A stretch of DNA of 29,655 nt from a virus (lineage: Duplodnaviria > Caudoviricetes): IMG/VR virus record IMGVR_UViG_3300028405_000014, positions 1 to 29,655 of that record; one strand, given 5' to 3'. Below are positions 1 through 6,300 of this stretch, piece by piece. The notes under the pieces were generated by a model. The model did no database searches. It had not been told where the DNA came from and worked only from the letters and a program-made list of their open reading frames with translations. Each line of letters starts with the position of its first letter. The stretch's first letter is position 1. Made by a program: the position numbers and the translations under genes.

Positions 1-45
1 CTCGCCTGTTGTATGTTGGTAGTATTTGCCGATTTGGAATTTCAT
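1..45 (-). CDS. 5' part of a probable cassette ORF running off the window (MKFQIGKYYQHTTGE...)
   Basis: ATG at 45 follows the attC-like site at 67-129 and the frame is open to the window edge. Manual translation; GKYYQH resembles the N-terminus of small SH3-like DUF1653-type phage proteins (weak). Confidence 0.5.
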   Translation of the reverse strand, partial: MKFQIGKYYQHTTGE

Positions 46-66
46 AGTTTTCGTTAGCGTTAGAGG

Positions 67-129
67 TGAGAACCAGTCAGCTCTCACAATTCGTTCGTGC
101 CTCACTTGTGGCAGTGCTCCACGTTCTAA
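67..129 (-). mobile_element. attC-like recombination site (imperfect hairpin), site B
   Basis: Minus strand TTAGAAC-GTGG-AGCACTGCCACAA-GTGAGGCACGAACGAA-TTGTGAGAGCT-GACTG-GTTCTCA. Terminal AGAAC/GTTCT boxes, inner arms AGC/GCT, CT/AG and CACAA/TTGTG with bulges, 63 bp. The stop codon of the upstream ORF lies inside the first box. Confidence 0.65.
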
Positions 130-260
130 TTTAGGGCGATTGATAGTATGATCGCTATTAGATAGGCCAAGATCATAAACCATCCTGTGACTTCCTTCTT
201 TAGTGTGGTTGCGATTGCGAACGCCCATGCGCCCGCTAGAATTATTTCTGTTTTTTCCAT
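126..260 (-). CDS. 44-aa two-helix membrane peptide, cassette-borne
   Basis: Manual translation MEKTEIILAGAWAFAIATTLKKEVTGWFMILAYLIAIILSIALN*. Two hydrophobic stretches; the TAG overlaps the TTAGAAC box of the downstream site. Below the ORF-track cutoff. Confidence 0.65.
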   Translation of the reverse strand: MEKTEIILAGAWAFAIATTLKKEVTGWFMILAYLIAIILSIALN

Positions 261-293
261 TATTTTTATTTGGTTGATTTAGTGTTTGTCGAA

Positions 294-347
294 TTAGAAC
301 CATGCGATTGTAGCAACGGAAGACCGCGCTACATCTTCGCGTTCTGT
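294..347 (-). mobile_element. attC-like recombination site (imperfect hairpin), site A
   Basis: Minus strand ACAGAAC-GCGAAGA-TGTAGC-GCGGTCTTCCGTT-GCTACA-ATCGCATG-GTTCTAA. AGAAC/GTTCT ends, GCGA/TCGC, TGTAGC/GCTACA and CGG/CCG arms, 54 bp. Same end architecture as 67-129 but a different interior. Confidence 0.65.
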
Positions 348-361
348 AAATAACATAAACT

Positions 362-868
362 TTATCGTTTTTTAAAAATTCCCAACGCTCCGACTTGATC
401 AATCTTATTCATAAAATTTTCGATCCAGTGGTAATTAGTTCTTTGCGGTGTATAATCATGTAGAAATACAATACCATCATTTTTCAATTTGTCAAGACCT
501 TTTTCAATACAAAATATTCTCGCCCTGCCATCAGCGAAGAAAACGTCAAAATGTTCATTTTCGAAGCTCTCAATAAAATTTATGTAATCCCTAAACTCTT
601 CTGCCTTTGTGGGTTTTGTTCGCGGTTTGTTGTTTTTAACAAGATGAAGGCGGCAATTTGTTTGTTTGTTTTTTTCTTTAGTTTTCAGATACCAACCCTC
701 ATTATGTTCTAGGGAATCATAGCTTTTACAATATTTGGGAAATCTAAGGGTGCTCGTTCCCATACCCCACTCAAATACAGTCGGGTTATTTTTTTTCATG
801 TATGCTTCAATGTAATCGACTTCTATTTTTTGTAAACCGCCAGCATAATCTTCTTTGTTTTTTGCCAT
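362..868 (-). CDS. class I SAM-dependent methyltransferase
   Basis: Motif I VFEWGMGTST, acidic SLEH, FDVFFADGRAR, LKNDGIVFLHD. The likely start is the ATG at 868, just after the upstream stop; the ORF track extends to 901. Confidence 0.8.
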   Translation of the reverse strand: MAKNKEDYAGGLQKIEVDYIEAYMKKNNPTVFEWGMGTSTLRFPKYCKSYDSLEHNEGWYLKTKEKNKQTNCRLHLVKNNKPRTKPTKAEEFRDYINFIESFENEHFDVFFADGRARIFCIEKGLDKLKNDGIVFLHDYTPQRTNYHWIENFMNKIDQVGALGIFKKR

Positions 869-869
869 T

Positions 870-1340
870 TTATTGTTTTTTAAATTTTCGTGCAGATTCA
901 ATTAAATTTTTTAAAAATAATGTCGGAACTTCTATTTCAATTCCGTCTTTGCATTTATCATAAGTAAGAATTTTTTGTTCTTTTTGGCAGGGATCAGATT
1001 TTCTTAGGATTTTAATATAATCGTCGTCATTTAATTTTTCTTCTACACCCCATAATCTTAAATTACTTTCATTGATTGGTTCTCCGCATTCGTGAGAAAA
1101 ACCAATAAAAACATCTGTGTAATTGCCCATTTCATAAGTTCCGCCTTTATAGCCATAAAATGAAGATCCATTTGCTAATTTAGCTTGTTTTAACATTTCT
1201 TTTATTGTTGTCTCTTTGACTGGATCAAAAGCGAGATTTTCATAAAAACCTCTATCACAATGCGGCTCTCCGAATCCATTTTGCACAATTGTATTTTCGT
1301 CTTGGCTTTCGAGCCATTCTATTAGTCTTTTTAGTATCAT
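870..1340 (-). CDS. hypothetical phage protein
   Basis: 156-aa ORF with an ATGA overlap to the upstream gene; GFGEPHCDRGFYENLAF and YGYKGGTYEM look like conserved phage-protein motifs. Confidence 0.7.
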   Translation of the reverse strand: MILKRLIEWLESQDENTIVQNGFGEPHCDRGFYENLAFDPVKETTIKEMLKQAKLANGSSFYGYKGGTYEMGNYTDVFIGFSHECGEPINESNLRLWGVEEKLNDDDYIKILRKSDPCQKEQKILTYDKCKDGIEIEVPTLFLKNLIESARKFKKQ

Positions 1341-2557
1341 AATTTAAAAAATATATTTTGTAATTCTGCTTGTGAGATTGGAAAAGAAAGTTTTTCAACC
1401 CTATCTTTATCTTTTACTCCGAAAAAATCTGCCATTTCAAGAGCTAATTTTTTATCAGCGTATTTTAATTCTTTCTTTACGTCAAATCTTCCGTCTCTTA
1501 TTAAAGCTGGATCTAAATTTTCGTAATAATTTGTTGTGGCAAAAATAACTGTTCCATCAGGCAAATCGTCACCATCCAATAAAGAAAGAAGGCTCTGCAA
1601 GCTAATAGAGGAGCTATTATCGGATTTCAATTTGTTTTTTGTTTCTTCTCTTTTTTCTGTTGCGCTCAAAATATCAATATCTTCAAAAACGATAAAAACA
1701 TTTTCTGCCAAATCAAACAATAGGTTTTTTAGTTCTTTAATACCATCGATTTCGCTCAAATTAAAATAATAAAGCCTTTTATTATAGTAATTAGCCAAAG
1801 CTTTTATAAAACTTGTTTTACCAGTTCCCGGTTTACCGTAAAATAGATAGCCCCTTTTATAATTGAAAGAATGGTCCTTGTATTTATTTTCCTCAGAAAA
1901 GAAACAATCTAGGTCTTCTAATACCTCTTTTTTTACATTGTTATTTAAAAATATTGAATTTATCTTTCTATTATTTTCTTTTTTGATTTTTCTAAAGTAA
2001 TCATAATCATGAATATAGATTCTATTTTCTTTGTTTGTTTCTTTGAAATTTTCTTCTATAGTGTTGTATAGGTCATTAAGTTCATTTTGATTGCGGCAAA
2101 AGAACTTAATGACTATATATTCTTTTCTTTCAATCATGTTTTCCGCGTTTTCCAAGTTGCAAGAAATTGACAAAAATCCATTTCTAGAAAAAGAATAATG
2201 GGTTCCGTAATTAATTGTTTTCGAAAAAGAACTTCCGTTGGAAGATTTTTTTGCTTTACCAGTTCTTGGGGGCGAGTATGGGTTATCGTCTACTTGTTCA
2301 GATGGCCTTTTTCTAACAAGTTTTATTCTTTTTGTTTGCCCCTCTGTTTTTTTTGAAACCCAATCAGAAACAAAATTGTAAAGTTCTGTATCACTGTTGT
2401 TTACTCTAATCGTATAAATTAGATGTGTATTCACCAAAGAGCTTATTTTTGCTGGCAAATTTCTCAATAAATACAAAGCAGAAGTAAAAATAGCAATACT
2501 TATGCCACCAGAAAAAAACTGGTTTGTTTGGAACTCGTTTATTATCCACTCAATCAT
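1337..2557 (-). CDS. BCS1-like membrane-anchored AAA+ ATPase
   Basis: N-terminal TM segment NQFFSGGISIAIFTSALYLL; YKRGYLFYGKPGTGKTS (Walker A), FEDID (Walker B), TTN sensor, LDPALIRDGRFD (second region of homology). Confidence 0.85.
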   Translation of the reverse strand: MIEWIINEFQTNQFFSGGISIAIFTSALYLLRNLPAKISSLVNTHLIYTIRVNNSDTELYNFVSDWVSKKTEGQTKRIKLVRKRPSEQVDDNPYSPPRTGKAKKSSNGSSFSKTINYGTHYSFSRNGFLSISCNLENAENMIERKEYIVIKFFCRNQNELNDLYNTIEENFKETNKENRIYIHDYDYFRKIKKENNRKINSIFLNNNVKKEVLEDLDCFFSEENKYKDHSFNYKRGYLFYGKPGTGKTSFIKALANYYNKRLYYFNLSEIDGIKELKNLLFDLAENVFIVFEDIDILSATEKREETKNKLKSDNSSSISLQSLLSLLDGDDLPDGTVIFATTNYYENLDPALIRDGRFDVKKELKYADKKLALEMADFFGVKDKDRVEKLSFPISQAELQNIFFKL

Positions 2558-2718
2558 TTCTTTATATTGTCTATACTAATTTGCGTAACATAGTGACCGT
2601 TCCGACTTGTCATTTCACAAAGGTATTCATCTGCGCCAAGGTAAGACTTGATTACGCCTTTTGTTCCGCCGTTGGTTGTAATCTTGGTTCCTTTTTCTAG
2701 CTTTTTATTTTTAGTCAT
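2554..2718 (-). CDS. 54-aa small beta-barrel protein (YajC cytoplasmic domain / SH3-like)
   Basis: Manual translation MTKNKKLEKGTKITTNGGTKGVIKSYLGADEYLCEMTSRNGHYVTQISIDNIKK*. Its TGA overlaps the ATPase ATG (ATGA). Confidence 0.65.
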   Translation of the reverse strand: MTKNKKLEKGTKITTNGGTKGVIKSYLGADEYLCEMTSRNGHYVTQISIDNIKK

Positions 2719-2849
2719 TTTATTATAGTGATTCGTAGGTTAATTGTGATATTTCTTTTTTTTGGTTTTTTTATTTCGTTTTTATGGGCAATTATTTTTA
2801 ATCTTTTTTCTTCGTGTGTAAACACCTTCACCGCAATCTGCAAAACTTA

Positions 2850-3410
2850 TCATAAAATTCCCAAACCATTTATTTTAGTAGAAATATAATCTTTGTCTAA
2901 TTCTTTTGTCCATTTTAAGAAAAGCAATTCATCCGCTTCTCTTCGCAAATCATTTTCACAACGTATTTCTTCATTAATTACTGGCAAAATTGGTTCGCTA
3001 TTTTCTATTCTTACGATATGAAATGATAATACCTCGGAAAATACTTTTTGTTCTCTAATAAAATTTTTAATATACGCTTTTTCTCCAGTTCTTCCGCCAA
3101 ATCGGAAATCAGTAATTAGATAATTTTTTTTAACATCATAGGCGTTTATAAATTTTTCAACCCAATATTTGCCTTGCGTTTCGTTTCTTTTCCCACAGCC
3201 GTATTCTATCAATTCATCTCTGAATAAATGTTTTTGTTGGTCATCCCAAACAGATACGCCATATTTTTGTTCAATTGTTTCCTCTAACTCTTTTTTTAAT
3301 TCTTTTGCAAAAGCAAATCGCTCGAAGTTATATTGGGGGTATTTTTCTAGTATTATGTCCGCAACAGTATCTTTTCCAGATCTTGCTGGACCGCTAAGTA
3401 ATAAAATCAT
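2850..3410 (-). CDS. deoxynucleoside monophosphate kinase-like P-loop protein
   Basis: LSGPARSGKDT P-loop, FAFAKELK, R..L..YG, ITDFRF motifs typical of phage dNMP kinases. Confidence 0.8.
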   Translation of the reverse strand: MILLLSGPARSGKDTVADIILEKYPQYNFERFAFAKELKKELEETIEQKYGVSVWDDQQKHLFRDELIEYGCGKRNETQGKYWVEKFINAYDVKKNYLITDFRFGGRTGEKAYIKNFIREQKVFSEVLSFHIVRIENSEPILPVINEEIRCENDLRREADELLFLKWTKELDKDYISTKINGLGIL

Positions 3411-3416
3411 TCCGCA

Positions 3417-3444
3417 ATAATGAGATTTTTCAGAGAAATGTCAA
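3417..3444 (-). promoter_or_regulatory. host sigma70-like promoter, probably leaderless
   Basis: TTGACA-N16-CATTAT ending 6 nt before the ATG at 3410. Confidence 0.55.
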
Positions 3445-3563
3445 GCAATTAATAAAATTTTAGTGATTCTTTTGCCCAAAGCGGAGCATTCTCTATGTTA
3501 GCCATAATAGTTATGTTCCGTCAATAATTGATGGGTCGTATTTTGCTGGTGTTTTCATTGATT

Positions 3564-3704
3564 TTATTTTTTTATTATTGATGATTGCAAATTGGGAACT
3601 TTTTTTGGTATATTTATTTCTCCTTTGGGTGAATACCCGCCTCTTCGCTCTTTTATTTTGATATCGCAAAGAGCAAAAATAATTATGAATAATATTATAT
3701 ACAT
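3564..3704 (-). CDS. 46-aa small protein with hydrophobic N-terminus
   Basis: Manual translation MYIILFIIIFALCDIKIKERRGGYSPKGEINIPKKVPNLQSSIIKK*. Co-oriented with its neighbours. Confidence 0.4.
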   Translation of the reverse strand: MYIILFIIIFALCDIKIKERRGGYSPKGEINIPKKVPNLQSSIIKK

Positions 3705-3853
3705 TATTAACTAATTAAGTGTTTTATCTATTATAGATAAACATTTTTTTCGAGTTTCTGAATGGAGGTTTATTTTTTTCAAAATTATTTTGAAACCATT
3801 CCCATTTTCCAAGAGATTCAGGCCATCTAGTTGAACTTTATAGGCTTGGAGAA

Positions 3854-4087
3854 TCATACTAATTTGTAATAGAAATATTCACCAACATTAACACTCTTAC
3901 CTTTCATTCTACTAAAGCTAGAGTTTCCTGATGATATAATTTCCCTACCTGTATATTTAATATTTATTACTTCTTCGTTATCCGTAGAATTAACACCATT
4001 AATATTCATAAACCATGAACAAGGAAGTCCATCTGCCAAAGGTTGGTTTGGATTTTTTTCTTTTGATTCGCTATTATTTTCGACCAT
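3854..4087 (-). CDS. hypothetical protein
   Basis: 77-aa ORF directly downstream of a TTGACT promoter-like element; no recognisable motif. Confidence 0.4.
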   Translation of the reverse strand: MVENNSESKEKNPNQPLADGLPCSWFMNINGVNSTDNEEVINIKYTGREIISSGNSSFSRMKGKSVNVGEYFYYKLV

Positions 4088-4097
4088 GATTCATCCA

Positions 4098-4125
4098 ATA
4101 AGATATTTTTTATTGGGAAAGTCAA
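4098..4125 (-). promoter_or_regulatory. host sigma70-like promoter
   Basis: GCTTGACT-N16-TCTTAT. Shares GCTTGAC and an identically placed TTATTG with the 3417-3444 promoter. Confidence 0.45.
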
Positions 4126-4133
4126 GCAAAAAA

Positions 4134-4346
4134 TTATTTTTTTCTCGATAATCTTTTGATTTCTAAATCCAGTATATCAATAATAGGCTTCAAATTATTA
4201 GAAATAAAAAACTCACTGGGTCTTCTATTTTTTAATTTTTTGTTGGATTTACCCAACCATTCGACTACTACATAGGGGCTAGTTTCTTCGCAAAGCTTAT
4301 TGAGTATATCCATTTTTTTATAATAGCTTTTATTTTCCATTATCAT
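4134..4346 (-). CDS. stand-alone Xre/MbcA/ParS C-terminal (toxin-binding, DUF2384-like) domain protein
   Basis: WLGKSNKKLKNRRPSEFF...IIDILD fits the WLxxPNxxLxGxxPxELL pattern. Real start may be the ATG at 4340. Confidence 0.55.
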   Translation of the reverse strand: MIMENKSYYKKMDILNKLCEETSPYVVVEWLGKSNKKLKNRRPSEFFISNNLKPIIDILDLEIKRLSRKK

Positions 4347-4348
4347 TG

Positions 4349-4386
4349 TTTACACAAAAATTCTGTTTTTTAAATTAAAGTGTAAA
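4349..4386. promoter_or_regulatory. divergent pair of GTGTAAA phage promoter motifs at the strand switch
   Basis: TTTACAC at 4349-4355 (GTGTAAA on minus, 8 nt before the ATG at 4340) and GTGTAAA at 4380-4386 (9 nt before the phoH ATG). Confidence 0.7.
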
Positions 4387-4395
4387 TTAATTTGT

Positions 4396-5139
4396 ATGCC
4401 AAGAAAAAACAATTCTAAAAATACGTCTAAAGAAGAAGAAATAGTAATCCCGCAAATTAAAAGCGACTTTAAAATTAAAAAGTTTGATCTTACAGATAAG
4501 CAAAAAAACTTTTTAAAATTATCTCTAAACAATAAAACAAATATATTCTTTATAAGTGGTGTTGCAGGAAGCGCAAAAACATTTATATCAGTATTATCAG
4601 CACTAGAATTAATGAAAGTTCATGAGGAACTAGAATTAGTTTATATTAGAAGTTTAGCTGAGAGCGCGGATAAAAGTATTGGGGCTTTACCCGGATCTAT
4701 AGATGAAAAATTTGATCCATTTTTATTACCACTAAAAGAAAAACTAGAAGAGCTTTTGAGCCCAGATGATATAAAAGAATTATTAAAAAGCCAAAGAGTA
4801 ACTGGGATACCAGTGAATTTTTTTAGAGGCGCGAGTCAAAACAAAAAAGTGGTTATTGTGGACGAAGCTCAAAATATGACTTTCAATGAATGTCAAACTA
4901 TCATAACAAGAATAGGAAAGCATAGCAAATTCTTCTTTTGTGGAGATCCAATGCAATCTGATATTGGTAGTAAAAGTGGTTTTGAAAAAATGTATAACAT
5001 ATTTGATAGCGAAGACGCGCAAGAATGGGGCATTCACTGTTTTGAATTTAATGAAGAAGATATTAAAAGAAGCGAAATATTAAAATTCATTATTAAAAGC
5101 CTTAAATCTCACAAAAAAATAAGTTGTAGTGTAAACTAA
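4396..5139 (+). CDS. phoH: PhoH family protein
   Basis: GVAGSAKT Walker A, GALPGSIDEKFDPF, FFRG, IVDEAQN, TRIG, GDPMQSD, EDIKRS are PhoH signature motifs. Confidence 0.95.
   Translation: MPRKNNSKNTSKEEEIVIPQIKSDFKIKKFDLTDKQKNFLKLSLNNKTNIFFISGVAGSAKTFISVLSALELMKVHEELELVYIRSLAESADKSIGALPGSIDEKFDPFLLPLKEKLEELLSPDDIKELLKSQRVTGIPVNFFRGASQNKKVVIVDEAQNMTFNECQTIITRIGKHSKFFFCGDPMQSDIGSKSGFEKMYNIFDSEDAQEWGIHCFEFNEEDIKRSEILKFIIKSLKSHKKISCSVN
5107..5135 (+). promoter_or_regulatory. phage promoter motif upstream of the Zn-ribbon/sigma operon
   Basis: TCTCAC-N17-TGTAAA (GTGTAAA at 5129-5135) at the end of phoH. Confidence 0.55.
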
Positions 5140-5168
5140 TTGACCAAAAGTTTTTATTTATTTTTATT

Positions 5169-5561
5169 ATGAGTCATATATATTGCAGTAACTGCGCAGA
5201 GAAAATACAATTTTCAAGTAAAAAGCCAAAAGTTTGTCCATTTTGTGAAACCAGAATAGGCGAAACATTAATAAAAACACAAAAAAGTACATCTAGATCA
5301 GAAGAAATTAAAGACAATGAATTTGATATTGATATTGATAATTTAAAAATTGATTTTTCATCTGCCAATGTTATTATAGATGGAACAATACAACAAAGAA
5401 CAACTTTACAGTCAGCATTAAACAAATCCTCTGAACAGGGGAACAGCCAATTTAAGATGGGCAAAAGGAAAAACAAATCGGACATAATTGATTACGGGGA
5501 GTTTTCTAAAAACATGACAAAAGATTGTTCTCCCGCCTCAAAGTCTAAAGATATTTCCTAA
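5169..5561 (+). CDS. zinc-ribbon protein
   Basis: N-terminal CSNC...CPFC followed by a low-complexity tail. Confidence 0.75.
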   Translation: MSHIYCSNCAEKIQFSSKKPKVCPFCETRIGETLIKTQKSTSRSEEIKDNEFDIDIDNLKIDFSSANVIIDGTIQQRTTLQSALNKSSEQGNSQFKMGKRKNKSDIIDYGEFSKNMTKDCSPASKSKDIS

Positions 5562-5570
5562 TCCCTTCTT

Positions 5571-6299
5571 ATGCAAGACAGAAAAAGGAAAAGAATCTTC
5601 GAGGAAAATTACGAAGAAATAAATAGAGTCGTAACCTCCAAAAGAAACAAGTGGAATCTAAAGGCGATCCCTTGGATGAGTTTCGAGGATGTAAAACAAT
5701 TAATATTTTTACACATATACGAAAAGCTGCACCTTTGGGACGAAGAAAAGGGAAAAATTGGCCCTTGGGTAAACGTAATAGCCCATAATAGAATAAAAAA
5801 TATTCTCAGAGACAATTATTATAATTATGCGAGGCCATGTTTGGGATGCGAATTTAATTCCAGCAAAAAAGGCGGTAAATTTGTTCTTAATTCAGAAGAA
5901 AATGGTTGTACACTAACAAAATCTGGAATCCAATGTGAAGAGTGCCCAATGTATGCTAAATGGATAAGATCAAAAAAACAAGCATACAACATTAAATTAC
6001 CCGTCCCCATCGAAACACAGGAAATTCCAATAGAGAATAGAAATACCACATATATAGACTACGAGGCTTCTGAAAATCTTTTGCACAAGAAGATGAGGCG
6101 TTCATTGACGATAAAAGATTATAAATGTTATGATTTATTATTTATACAAAAATTACCAGAGAAAATAGTTGCGGAAAAACTTGGATACATAACAAACGAA
6201 AAAAACAGACCCGCTGGTTATAATACAATAAAAAAATTAAAAAAGAATTTCCTTATTAAAGCAAAAAAAATAATGGAAGATGAGGATATAATAATTTAA
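5571..6299 (+). CDS. phage sigma70-family (ECF-like) sigma factor with Cys-rich insert
   Basis: Region 2-like FEDVKQLIFLHIYEKLHLWDEEKGKIGPWVNVIAHNRIKNILR; region 4-like HTH LTIKDYKCYDLLFIQKLPEKIVAEKLG. Confidence 0.8.
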   Translation: MQDRKRKRIFEENYEEINRVVTSKRNKWNLKAIPWMSFEDVKQLIFLHIYEKLHLWDEEKGKIGPWVNVIAHNRIKNILRDNYYNYARPCLGCEFNSSKKGGKFVLNSEENGCTLTKSGIQCEECPMYAKWIRSKKQAYNIKLPVPIETQEIPIENRNTTYIDYEASENLLHKKMRRSLTIKDYKCYDLLFIQKLPEKIVAEKLGYITNEKNRPAGYNTIKKLKKNFLIKAKKIMEDEDIII

Positions 6300-6300
6300 T

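Noticed and set aside
52-66. Tandem GTTAGCG/GTTAGAG resembling canonical attC core boxes
   Set aside because: No partner box or hairpin is visible within the window, and the match is too short to support.
67-347. CRISPR array or tRNA interpretation of the hairpins
   Set aside because: The two elements differ internally, are separated by a coding ORF, and lack tRNA D/T-loop consensus.
362-868. Methyltransferase as a cassette belonging to site A
   Set aside because: I found no matching GTTCTGT box upstream, its GC content is phage-like, and it is tightly coupled to the upstream gene.
2782-2853. 23-aa minus-strand ORF and a plus-strand GTGTAAA at 2816-2822
   Set aside because: The ORF is too short to support. 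The motif is antisense with no downstream gene and may be chance, although an antisense late promoter cannot be excluded.
3450-3857. Stop-codon recoding or a pseudogene suggested by fragmented short minus-strand ORFs
   Set aside because: The fragments are interrupted by mixed TAA/TAG/TGA stops, and all major genes are intact under the standard code.
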